This document shows positions 29,079-41,574 of a DNA stretch of 64,000 nt, in pieces; the first letter of the stretch is position 1; every line of letters starts with the position of its first letter. Location of the stretch: NCBI GenBank assembly GCA_028826165.1, contig JAPDFW010000079.1, positions 319,758 through 383,757 of the forward strand, given 5' to 3'. Both the position numbers and the translations under genes were made by a program. The stretch is from Anaeramoeba ignava BMAN (Eukaryota; Protista; Anaeramoebae). The notes under the pieces were generated by a model that worked only from the letters and a program-made list of their open reading frames with translations, was not told where the DNA came from and did not search any database.

Positions 29079-29080
29079 AA

Positions 29081-29797
29081 TTAATTAAGGAATAATGTTT
29101 TTTTGGTTTTTGTTTCTTTTAAAATGTTTTGTAAAGGTTTCATAACAAAAGAAACTCCTCCTTCAAGAAATTCAAATGGATATTTCTCTTTATACTTATA
29201 ACTTGAATATTTGATATAATCTTTTTCTTCAAATCCTAATTTTCGAAATGCAGCTTGTGAACCTGGTGCAGTTGCTTCAGAAATTCCATATTTAAATTTA
29301 TTTTGAGCTCCTAAAATTAAATTAGCATAACTTATTGAATTTGCAAATTTCTTTCCTTTAAATTCTTCATTCACAGAAATTGTCCATAAATGTAAATATT
29401 CTCCTTTTTTAATGTTTTCTTTATGTTTATTAAATTCATCAAGTATTGCCCAAAGAGGTTCCCATTTTGAACATAATTTGGAAAATTCAATTTTTGAATC
29501 ATCAAAAACATCTTGACTCAAAAAACATCCAACAAATTTATTTGTTTGTTTTTCTCTTGCAACAACTGATAATCCACATTTTACTCCTAATTCAACAATT
29601 TGGATTGTTAATGGATCCCATTCTTTTTTACTTATTCCAAGTACTATCGACATTAGTTCTCTTTCTGCAAATGATGTCGAAACACATTCAACTGCTTCTT
29701 CAATATCTTCTTCTTTTAATGTATCAATCAATAAATTTTTAGTTTCTAAAATAATTTGATTTTCTCTGTTTTCTTGTAATTTTTTAATTTCTTCCAT
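29081..29797 (-). CDS. GNAT-family N-acetyltransferase (arylalkylamine NAT-like), intronless
   Basis: SF..RE.M...LG N-terminal helix, YLHLWTISVNEEFKGKKFA (motif A), EATAPGSQAAFRKLGF (motif B). Confidence 0.85.
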   Translation of the reverse strand: MEEIKKLQENRENQIILETKNLLIDTLKEEDIEEAVECVSTSFAERELMSIVLGISKKEWDPLTIQIVELGVKCGLSVVAREKQTNKFVGCFLSQDVFDDSKIEFSKLCSKWEPLWAILDEFNKHKENIKKGEYLHLWTISVNEEFKGKKFANSISYANLILGAQNKFKYGISEATAPGSQAAFRKLGFEEKDYIKYSSYKYKEKYPFEFLEGGVSFVMKPLQNILKETKTKKTLFLN

Positions 29798-30378
29798 TTT
29801 GTAATTTTCTGTTTTTTTTATTTTTAATTTTTTTTTGAATAAGTGAATAATTAAATTAAATAAAGTAAAAAGTGGAATTTATATTTAAAATTGAAAAAAA
29901 AATTTTTCTTTTTTGATCTCCTTTTTTATTATTTTTTTTTTTCTAAATTTTTTTTTTATAAATCAAAACAAATTTGAAAAAGAAAGAAAAATTAAAATTT
30001 TTCAAACATTTTCCATAAATTTCTACTCTTTTTTTTATATTTATATAAAAATATAAAAATAGATAATTGTGGAAATCCAAATTGTTTTATAAATAAAAAA
30101 AAATTTTTTTGATTTAAAAAATAAATAAAAAGAAAAGAGAGAGAAAGAAAGAGAATCAATTCATTTTTAAAAGCTAATAATTTAAATCAAATCAAATCAA
30201 ATCAAATTAAATTAACTTTATGTTTATGTTTGTTTTATGTTTTTTTTTTGAGCTGTTTAAAGTTATTTTAAAAAATAAAATTACGTTTTAAGTTTAAAAA
30301 GTTTCAAATAAAAATAAAAGAATAAGAGATCAAAAAAGAATAAAAAGAAAAAAAATGATTTAAGAAAAAAATTTTTTT

Positions 30379-31430
30379 CTTAATTAATTTTAAATAATAA
30401 ATAATCAAATAATTAAATTTATTTTATATATTTTATAATTATTTATTAATTCAAAATTAAAATTTAAATTAAAATAAATTATTAAAATATTAATTAAAAT
30501 ATTAATAAATAAAATATAAATTTTCTTAATTAATTTTAAATAATAAATAATCAAATAATTAAATTTATTTTATATATTTAATAATTAATTATTAATTCAA
30601 AATTAAAATTTAAATTTAAATTAATTATTAAAAATTAATTAAAATATTAATAAATAAAATATAAATTTTTAATTAGTTTTAAATAATAAATAATTAATGA
30701 ATTAAATTTATTTTATATATTTTATAATTAATTATTAATTCAAAATTAAAATTTAAATTTAAAATAAATTATTAAAAATTAATTAAAATATTAATAAATA
30801 AAATATAAATTTTCTTAATTAGTTTTAAATAATAAATAATCAATTAATTAAATTTATTTTATATATTTAATAATTAATTATTAATTCAAAATTAAAATTT
30901 AAATTAAAATAAATTATTAAAAATTAATTAAAATATTAATTAAATAAAATATAAATTTTTAATTAGTTTTTAAATAATAAATAATCAATTAATTAAATTT
31001 ATTTTATATATTTTATAATTAATTATTAATTCAAAATTAAAATTTAAATTTAAATAAATTATTAAAAATTAATTAAAATATTAATAAATAAAATATAAAT
31101 TTTTAATTAATTTTAAATAATAAATAATCAAATAATTAAATTTATTTTATATATTTTATAATTATTTATTAATTCAAAATTAAAATTTAAATTTAAATAA
31201 ATTATTAAAAATTAATTAAAATATTAATAAATAAAATATAAATTTTTAATTAATTTTAAATAATAAATAATCAAATAATTAAATTTATTTTATATATTTT
31301 ATAATTAATTATTAATTCAAAATTTAAAATTTAAATTAAAATAAATTATTAAAAAATTAATTAAAATATTAATAAATAAAATATAAATTTTTAATTAGTT
31401 TTTAAATAATAAATAATCAAATAAGTTAAA
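30379..31430. repeat. ~144-146 bp AT-rich satellite A, left block (~7 units)
   Basis: Unit landmarks recur, e.g. C at 30379 and 30525. Confidence 0.9.
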
Positions 31431-31739
31431 GATATTTTATTTTTCGGAAATAATTTTTATTTTATTTTTGCAAATTTAATTTAAATTAAAATAAATTATT
31501 AAAAAGTCGCAGACGAGTGGATAATTGATTAAATTAAATAAAAAAAAAAAAATTTTTTTAAAAAACAAAATAAAATATCTCAAATAATAAAAATAAATTT
31601 TTTTCAAATCCATTTTAAGATTATTTTTGAGGAAAAATGAGAATTCTTTGAAATTTGATATTTTAAAAATTATTAAAAATTGAGGGAAAAATTAAGGAAT
31701 AAATAAAATATAAATTTTTAATTAATTTTAAATAATAAA

Positions 31740-31941
31740 TAATTATTATTAATTATTATTTTATTATTATTATTATTATTATTTATTAAATTATTATTTA
31801 AATTTAATTTTATTAATTATTATTATTAAATTATTATTAAAATTATTATTAAATAAAATATAATTTTTATTATTATTATTATTTATTATTATTATAATTA
31901 AATAATTAAATTATTATTATTATTATTATTATTTTATTATA

Positions 31942-31976
<35 letters not shown>

Positions 31977-32067
31977 ATTAAATTATAAATTATTATTAAA
32001 ATTATTAAATTATTATTAAATTAAAATTATTATTTTTATAATTTATTTTTAAATTATTAAATAATTA

Positions 32068-32157
<90 letters not shown>

Positions 32158-32160
32158 AAT
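31740..32160. repeat. Degenerate (TTA)n microsatellite
   Basis: Direct. Confidence 0.85.
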
Positions 32161-33649
32161 ATTAATTAAAATATTATTATTATTAAAATATAAATTTTTA
32201 TTAATTTTAAAATAATAAATAATCAATGAATTAAATTTATTTTATTTCAAAATTAAAAGATCATTGTTTTGAAAAACAAAATATAAAAAAATTTAAAAAA
32301 AATTAAAATTTTAATTAATGTCAAAAATAAAAAAATAGAAAAACGAAGAATTTTAAAAAAAAAATAAACCAGAAAACAATTAAATTTAAAGAAGAGAACC
32401 ATCAGAAAAAATTAATTCTTGATAATTGAAACTATAAAAAGAAAATATTCAGGAAAAAGTTTTAAAACCTATTCCTCAAATCTAATGAATTTATTTTATA
32501 TTTTCAGATATCTCCAAAATTGAAGTTAATTCACAAAATTGAAAATGATACTGGAAGATCCTTCAAAAATATGGAATCAACAATTCCTTTAAATAGAAAA
32601 CAAAAAAATTTTCAATAAGTTGTCAATTGATATTCCTAAACATTTTACCGTTTTGGTTTTATTCTCTCTTGGGAAACATCTGCCTAAGGTCAGAAAATTA
32701 AAATGATTAAATTAGAACAACTCAAGTTAAAATGACAATGGGATGAAATATATTGTTTACTCACAAGGCGAGTCAAAAACAATCACGTGATTTATGGAAA
32801 CCCAAATTGGAAACCCAAAACAGCTAATTATTCCAAAATGAAGATCCAAAAGATCTACCAATTAATACTTTTAATAATTAATCATTAATTTACAATGAAA
32901 TTTCGTTTTTAGAGCAATTAAACATCGAAATTTTAAAAATGCCAATACACAAAGGAGCGATACATCCAAAAACATTGGGAGATTGTTAAAGATTTGCCAA
33001 GTTTTAGGAATTAATATAATGTAATTAAATTCTTTGCATAATTAATTATTAATTCAAAAACCAAAAGTTTCCATAAATTAAAAAAAAATTGATTAAAAAT
33101 TACATGAAAATATCTCAATAAAAAAAATGATAAATTTTTAATTAGTTTTTAAACAAATACCAATTTCAAATAATGATAAATTTATTTTATATCCAATTTT
33201 ATAATTTTATTAATTCAAAATTAAAATTTAATTTAAATTAATTTATTAAAAATTAAATATTTAATAAAAAAAAGATAAATTTTAATGAATCATTTGAAGG
33301 ATCAAAATGAAAAAGAAACCAACAACAATGAAAATTTATTTTCGGAATATATTTTATATTTATTTCCAATTTTTCAAAATCCAAAATTTTACTTTTTCAA
33401 TCATTTTTGATTTTTAAAATAAATCCATCATTAAAAACAAATTCATCAATTTTTCATTTCATTAAAAAATAAAATATAAATTTTTAATTTAAATTTTAAA
33501 AAATAAATAAAGAAAAAAGAAAAATGAATTCAAATATATTTTAAACTGGATATTTTACAAAATTAAAATAAATTTTTAAATTAAATTTTCAATTTTAATT
33601 AAAATATTTTAAGGGAAAAATTTATTTTACTTTTTAGTTTTTTTTCATT

Positions 33650-34740
33650 TTCAAATAATTAAATTTATTTTATATATTTTATAATTAATTATTAATTCAA
33701 AATTAAAATTTAAATTTAAAATAAATTATTAAAAATTAATTAAAATATTAATAAATAAAATATAAATTTTTTTAATTAATTTTTAAATAATAAATAATTA
33801 AATGAATTAAATTTATTTTTATATATTTTATAATTAATTATTAATTCCAAAATTAAAATTTAAATTAAAATAAATTATTAAAAATTAATTAAAATATTAA
33901 TAAATAAAATATAAATTTTCTTAATTAATTTTAAATAATAAATAATCAATGAATTAAATTTATTTTATATATTTTATAATTATTTATTAATTCAAAATTT
34001 AAAATTTAAATTTAAAATAAATTATTAAAAATATTAATTAAAATAATAATTAATAAAATATAAATTTTTAATTAGTTTTAAATAATAAATAATCAATGAA
34101 TTAAATTTATTTTATATATTTTATAATTATTTATTAATTCAAAATTAAAATTTAAATTTAAAATAAATTATTAAAAATTAATTAAAATATTAATAAATAA
34201 AATATAAATTTTTTTTAATTAGTTTTTAAATAATAAATAATTAAATAATTAAATTTATTTTATATATTTTATAATTAATTATTAATTCAAAATTAAAATT
34301 TAAATTTAAAATAAATTATTAAAATATTAATTAAAATATTAATAAATAAAATATAAATTTTTAATTAGTTTTGAAATAATAAATAATCAAATAATTAAAT
34401 TTATTTTATATATTTTATAATTAATTATTAATTCAAAATTAAAATTTAAATTAAAATAAATTATTAAAAATTAATTAAAATATTAATAAATAAAATATAA
34501 ATTTTTTTAATTAGTTTTAAATAATAAATAATCAAATGAATTAAATTTATTTTATATATTTTATAATTAATTATTAATTCAAAATTAAAATTTAAATTAA
34601 AATAAATTATTAAAAAATTAATTAAAATATTAATTAAATAAAATATAAATTTTTTTAATTAGTTTTAAATAATAAATAATCAATTAATTAAATTTATTTT
34701 ATATATTTTATAATTATTTATTAATTCAAAATTAAAATTT
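33650..34740. repeat. Satellite A, right block (~7 units, same orientation)
   Basis: Same unit (AAATAATAAATAATCAA..TTAATTCAAAATTAAAATTT..). Confidence 0.9.
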
Positions 34741-34792
34741 TTTTCATTTTTTTTTTTCATTTTTTTTTTCATAAAAATATAAAAATATAAAA

Positions 34793-36073
34793 ATGAATAT
34801 ATTAACACTTGCCAAAATATGTGAATTTGCAGGAGGATCTGAAGTTTCCGAAATCACAAATTTGAATGCTAAATCAAAAGAAATTGAAGATATAGAAGAT
34901 ATAAAACGTTGCCGGAAGTTGAACAAAATTGATCTAGCAAATAATAATTTAAAATCTATAAAAAAATTAAAAGACAATATTGAGCTAAGATGGATTTCAA
35001 TATCAAACAACAAAATCAAGCAAATCAAAGAAAAGGATATGAAAGATTTCGACAAACTAGTTGTTTTTAATGCAAGTGGGAATAAGCTCAAGGATTTATC
35101 GTTTCTAAAAAATAAACCTCAACTTAAAGCTTTAATTGTCAATAACAATAAGATCAAAGAATTGGGTCCAAATATCTCAACTTTGAAATCATTAAACACC
35201 TTGATTCTTTCACACAATTTCTTGGAATCACTCAAGAATGTTAATTCTTTGATTCAATTAACCAAACTCTCTGTTAGTCACAATAAAATTAGAGAATTTC
35301 CAAACGTCTTTTCTTTATTTTCTTTAAAAGAATTAAGATTGAATAACAATTATATTTCAAAAATACCTTCAAATTTATCTAAAAATCAACAATTACAAAT
35401 TTTGGATTTGGGAAAGAATTTTATTCAAGATTTGAAGGAATTGGAAAATTTGAAAAGTTTGAAAAATTTGAAAAATTTAAATTTAGCTGAAAATCCTGTT
35501 TGTAAATTGGAAAATTATCGAGAGAAAGTTTTGGAGTTACTTCCAGATTTATTGATTTTGGATGGGATTCGTGTTAAACCAAAGAGAGGAAAAAAGAAGG
35601 AAAGAAATAAGAGAAAATCAAAAAAAAGAAAAAATCCAAATCCAACTTCAAATTTAGATTCAAAATTAGATTCAGATTTAAATTCAAATTCAAATTCAAA
35701 TTCAAATTTAGATTCAAATTCAAATTCAAATTCAAAATTAAATTTAGATTCAAATTTAAATTTAGATTCAAAATCAAAATCAAATTCAAATTCAAATTCA
35801 GATTCAAAATTAAATTCAAATTCAAAATTAAATTCAAATTCAAATTTAGATTCAAATTTAAATTTAGATTCAAATGATTCTGAATTTGAAAAAAATTTTT
35901 TCCAAAAAAAAAAAAAAAAAAATCTTCAACAAGAAATTCATAATGAAAAAGATATTAAAATTGTTATAAATAAAAAACAAAAAAGAAAAAAACCAAAAAA
36001 AAAATTCAATTCAATTCATTTACAAAAAGAAAGAGAAGAAATTGGATTTGGAGAAAAATCAAAATGGAATTAA
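34793..36073 (+). CDS. SDS22-like leucine-rich repeat protein with LRRcap and basic/SN-rich tail
   Basis: LxxLxLxxNxI repeats, NPVC..ENYREKV..LP.L..LDG LRRcap, K-rich NLS-like tail. Confidence 0.88.
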   Translation: MNILTLAKICEFAGGSEVSEITNLNAKSKEIEDIEDIKRCRKLNKIDLANNNLKSIKKLKDNIELRWISISNNKIKQIKEKDMKDFDKLVVFNASGNKLKDLSFLKNKPQLKALIVNNNKIKELGPNISTLKSLNTLILSHNFLESLKNVNSLIQLTKLSVSHNKIREFPNVFSLFSLKELRLNNNYISKIPSNLSKNQQLQILDLGKNFIQDLKELENLKSLKNLKNLNLAENPVCKLENYREKVLELLPDLLILDGIRVKPKRGKKKERNKRKSKKRKNPNPTSNLDSKLDSDLNSNSNSNSNLDSNSNSNSKLNLDSNLNLDSKSKSNSNSNSDSKLNSNSKLNSNSNLDSNLNLDSNDSEFEKNFFQKKKKKNLQQEIHNEKDIKIVINKKQKRKKPKKKFNSIHLQKEREEIGFGEKSKWN

Positions 36074-36243
36074 AAAAATAAAATAAAATAAAAATTTAAT
36101 TCAATTTAATTTAAATTTTAGTTTGATTTTTGATTTATTATTTTTTCTTTTTTGAATTAAAAATTTTTCAAAAGAATAAAAAAAAAAAGAAAATAAAAAA
36201 GAAAAGATTAAATTTTTTTTTTTCTGAGTGTCTTGTTTTTGAA

Positions 36244-39200
36244 TTAATTGATTTTAACATGTTTCTTTTTATTCTGCTTAATCAAAGATTGAACTTCAGG
36301 AATTTCTTTTGGATTCATCATTTTGATTAAATTCTCATAGAAAACCAAACAAAAGTCCTTGAACAAGAAAAGACCACTCTCATTATCAGAAAAGAAGGGA
36401 AGATCTTTTCTGATTGAATTTTCAAGAGATTCGAAAATAAAACCTATTGCTTGATGAAATTTTGGGAAAGAAATCCATTCAAAAACCGAGAAAAGAGAAT
36501 CAAAAGTTCTGAAGGTATCAACAAGAGAAACGATAGAGTTTTCATTGGTATTGCCAGCAGAATCGCGTAATTTGTCGAGTGGAAGATGAAGAAATTGGGA
36601 AAGTCTCAATTCAGTTGATTTTTGCCGAATGGCAGTTTTACTCAATTTAATCCAATCCAAAATAAGAAGTTGAGATTCAGGTTCAAGAGGAAATTTTCCA
36701 GACAGTTGGATTGATATGAGGCGGTCAAACTTTGAGAAGAGATTAAACAGATGATGGATACCGACGTCAAAGAGTTGGAAGATAAAGGGGTTTAGTTCAT
36801 ATCGCCAGGGTTGGCCGTCTTGAAACTTTTCGAGATATGGTTTGAGTACAACGCTATAGAGCTCTTTGTAAAGAGAGTAAGCATCGTAAGAAATGAATGG
36901 GGTTAATCTATACTCTCCAAAGGCTTTTGGAAACGAGAGAAAATCGTTGAATTTTATGCGTATTTTGATGTCAGGGGTCAAAATCGCAACAACAGGAAGA
37001 AAAGACAAATCAGGAGGGATTGTACTTTGGGGTGCGTGTGATTGCAAGTTGTTAGGATCCTGGTCGTTTGTATTTTCTTCTGCGCTGTTGCTATTGTTGT
37101 TGTTGTTCTCGTTGTTTTGGTCTTTATGAGGCTGCTGATTTTCGTCGTCATCAAGAGAGATTTCTTCTTGGTCGGTTTTGTGGATGGATTTTTCCCACCA
37201 CCGCGCAGCAGTGCCAACATAGTGTCCGTTCTTGGCGAACATTATTGTGTTTGTGTTTGTGTCTATGCAAGCAGATATGGTATCACCAAAGGAAAATTTT
37301 TCTGCAAAAGCAGTTTTAACACCAGCATTTTTTTTGGAGCCGTCAGAACTGTAATACCCTGTTGAGAAAAGAGTCGATCCGGGCGTTGTATTTGGGAAGT
37401 AGTATTCCTCAGGTACAAATCCTATGGCTATCTCTGGGTTGAGTTGTTCTTGCTCCCCTGTATTTGCTTGCTGTGTGGATTCGAGAAACAACTTATAATT
37501 TTCGGAACTCTTTTTGTTTTCTGACGTCAAAAGAATTTGCATTTCAACAACAAATAAGGAATGCTCAGGAGCAGGTGTTCTTGTGGTGAATGATTTCCAT
37601 GAAAAAAGCTCTTGTTGAGATTGGGACTTGATCTGAGAAAAGTGGTTGTTGATCTGCATTTTCCAGTTATTGTGGAAAAAATACAGTGTGTTTTTAATTG
37701 AAAAAACCCATTGATCGCGATCGAGAATTGTGATTCTTTGGTCTCGTATATCTCGCATGTGCATAGCCATTTGGTCCTTCCACTGTGAAGAGAAGACGAG
37801 GAAGTTCTGTTTGTGGAATTTAGTGAATTGTTTGAGGCCGTCCTTATCAAGATACTGAGAAAGTTGGCTCGAAAACCAGAGAATCCATTTTGTGGCGTTG
37901 TCTTGCCAGATCGCACTTTGGCTCTTGACCCACGACTGGATTCTCTTCTCAAACTTGTCCATTTGGCTTGGGAACATCAGCGAAAGAAGTTTTTCGTACT
38001 CCTTTTGCTTTTCTTCATAATCGCGTTGTTGGACATCGAAAAAGATGAGAATATTTTCTATTTTAGGAACAAGTGATTCAAACTTATTGAATAAAAATGG
38101 TTCTTGTCCGAAATTCACTCGCACAGACGCGCCAACTGATAATAGACCAACCACTGGATAGAAACCCTTTTTGTTCTTTACGTTAGTGAAAGCGTTGCCG
38201 AGGATTCGTCCGTTTTTTGTATAGAAAATTATGCCGTAAGTGATGTTCCAACCACATCCAATCACATCATTTTTTCCGAATGGCTCGGAAAACATCTCAC
38301 CCTCGCCTCCATCTGCCTCACAAAACTTCGATCCATCATCTCCATGATATCCATAACTCCCGTTGAGCCATCCTGGCATCCCGATCGGCTCTTTCCCCTT
38401 CTCAGTCGGGTAAAATCCTATCGCAATTTCTCCTCGCTCTCCCCCTGATACAATTTTCGTCTCAAAATAATATACAGGAAGCGGATCTGCTACGTGCAGA
38501 TTCCCTCGGAATATCACCCCTAAATCATAATCATTCACCCCTTCTCCCCGCACCATTGTGTACTGTACTTCTCTTCGATCATCGCTGATTTGATAGTGGT
38601 TTTTGTGCTTATTTTTGTGTAATTTTTCGGGTCTTGGAACTATTATTTGTTGTGCTAATGAGAACGGAACGTTTTCTGATGTGATTTTGGGTCGTTTTGG
38701 TGGTTCTTGTAATTTTTTGTTTTTTGGAATTTTTGGTGGTTCTTCAAATGCAAATTCTGTTGGTTGAGGTTCAATTTGTTGGATCATTGGTGGTGTTTTT
38801 GGTTTCAATCTTTTTGCAATTACATGAAATTAATTTAAAAAAGAAGAAAAAAGATTAATTAAAATGAATAATTTTCAAAAACATGAAATGAATAATAATA
38901 ATAAAAATAATAAAAATAAAAAAATATTTACATGATCTCATATTCGTTTGGTTTAATTTCTGTTATTTTTAAATCTGGTGATAAATCCTTCCGATCAATT
39001 TTAATCATTTTTAATGAATTCAAATGCGGTTCTAATGCTTCAACTCTTTTAATCAATTCATCTATTGCAAAACGATCTTGAGGATCAGAAAGTTTTAATT
39101 TATCTATTTTTGGTTCTTTTTCACTTTCACTTTCACTTTCAATTTGAATTTCTTTTTCTTTTTCTTTATCTAAATCATTTTCATCTAAATCATCTTTTGT

Positions 39201-41562
39201 TTTTTCATTTTCATCTAAATCATCTTCGTCTTCAAAAATAATTGGCTCAAAATCTCCATCAAAATCCTTGAATGAAGTCGTTATCAAACTTTCTTGAAAT
39301 TCTCTTCTCTGTTTCAATCTTTCACTCATCTGCTGTTCTTTCTGTATTTTTAGTTCATGTTCTTTTTGCTGCAAAAATTGTTTTCGTTCAATTTCTTGTG
39401 ATTTCTTAATTTTTTGCTTTTGAATTTTTTCTTCCTCAAGTTTTTTCTGTTTTTCAATTAGTTTTTCCTCCTTTGTTTTCTTCTTTCCTTTCGGCTTTAC
39501 TATGGGTTTAGGAGCTTGATCAGGAATTAAAGGATCATTTTCATTAGGTTTATTTTTTGGATCAACAACTGGTTCAAATTGCTTGATTGGGCGATGAAAC
39601 AATTGTTCAAATTCTTTCATTTCCTCATTTGGAATTGATTTACGTTTCTCTGTAGAGTCTGGCGGTTTGAATTCTGGGTCTTGTTTTTCTTGTTCTATTG
39701 ATGTGGAAAGTTTAGATAATTTCTCCTCTAAATCAACAATGATTTCTTTCTGATTTTCATCCACTTTTGCAAGTTCGTTATCTTGTGTTTGATAGTAATT
39801 TTTGTAATCAAGTTGAAGATTGGCATTCTCATTGAACCATTTCTAAATTTTAAATTTTAAATTTTAAATAATATTTATTTTTTCATGTAAATGGAAATTT
39901 TTTTTTATATTTTTTTTTTAATATTTACTTCAGCATCCTTAACAAGACTTGAATATTGTGTTGGATCTGAATATTTTCTTGAAAGATGCATAAAAAATTC
40001 ATAAACTTGATAGTTCAATCCAAAAGGAGGATACAAATTATAAGGTGTTTGCTTATATTCTAATTGGAAATATCCATCAGAGTTTCTCTTTACTTTTTGT
40101 TTAGGAAATGAAATCTCAGCAACTTCTTCATAAAATGTATTTTGAAAGAAGTTTTGAATTTGTGAAATTAAGTGTCTTGATGTGTTCATTTCATAACTAT
40201 TTCCTGTCACAACAAAAAACATTGAAAAATAATCATTTTCTTGAATTAAACACCACAAATGATCTATTGGAAGTCGACTAAAAAAACCAGGTGTAGTTGG
40301 TGTTACCTAAATTTATTTTGAATTTTATCAATTTGATTATTTGTTTTTTGTTTTTGTTTTTTTTTTTACTTTTTGTCTTGAAGCAACAATCTGAGTGAAT
40401 TTTGGTATTAAAGGATCACTTCGAGAACCATAAGAACAAAGTGTAATTCTATCAAAAGATCTAACTACTGAGATGTACTTAATTGTATTTAAATTGATTA
40501 TTTTTCCATCTTCTAATTGAACTTCAGAATAAACTCTAACTTTTTTGATTCCAAAATGAATAATTCTGACAATTAAATAAATAGTAATTAACTAAAGAAA
40601 AATCCAAATGAGTTTTTAATTTTAAATTTTAAATTTTAAATTTTAAATTTTTACAAGAATAATCGAAAAGAAAATTATGGAAATTGATTTCGCACCAGTT
40701 GCTAAATCACTAAATTTATTCATGTCAACAATAAATATTCTTAAGAGCATATATAAAATCACACAAGTTAAAGGGAAAAAAAGAATTAGATAAATTTTGG
40801 AATAAAATCCTGAAGCTAAAATATTCAGAGGTTCAGCATTGATTCTGTTAATGATTAATTTTCCTCTAAGTTCATCCATCATGTTTGCGCCTTTAATATA
40901 AATATCTTTATCCAATAAAACCTAATCATATCGAAATGGAAACAAAACAAATTTTTATTTTGTTATTTTATATTTTAACATGACATTTTGGATTTTTTTT
41001 TAAAATTTAAATCAAAAAAATGAAATGAAATGATTTAGAAACATACACTTGCAAAGAAAACCAAATAAATAATCATAGCAAACAAATAACCAGCAATAGA
41101 ACCAATAACAAGAGCAATATTAACCTCAAAAACATAATAAGTGGAATAAAAAATGGCGTAAAAAATAAAACCCTGAAGAATCACAATAAAAAACAAAACA
41201 ATCATTCCAAGAATATTTTTCTTTTTCTTTGGAGCGTCTTGACCAGCTTTTACAGCTTGAAAAAGTTTATCTTTATCAATTTTAATTGGGCGAGTTGGAC
41301 AAAAAATAACGAAAGGACCAAAAAATAAAAAAACAACAGCAAAACTTAAACTGTATTTTAATATTGATTCATTGAATGCGTTTGAGTCAAAGCTTTCTAA
41401 TAAAGACCAGATAGCAAAACATACATACCAAGCACCAATTAGTAATACTGGTGCTATTATTAATGGATTTTGTTTGCTTTGTGAATGTAATTGGTATAAA
41501 TATTTTAAGGCTGCGAATAAAACTGCAAATATTGCTACAAGCACAGTTATAACTGTAAATTG
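36244..41562 (-). CDS. Multi-pass membrane (7 TM) - longin - charged linker - 2x SPRY protein; exons 41562-41047, 40921-40655, 40591-40370, 40306-39929, 39842-38932, 38809-36244 (~1,619 aa; start exon unresolved)
   Basis: Five GT-AG introns join the ORFs in phase (4,860 nt total). SPRY1: YYFETKI..IAIG..PGW..SYGYHGDDG..DVIGCG..FYTKNG..YPVVGL..VNFGQEPFLF. A second SPRY-like copy lies downstream. The longin-like segment is IKYISVVRSFDRITL...FFVVTGNSY...KYSDP. Confidence 0.78.
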
Positions 41563-41574
41563 CTTTTCGATATT

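Noticed and set aside
36893-38076. Antisense or alternative-frame ORFs over the SPRY exon
   Set aside because: By-products of higher GC; no recognisable motifs
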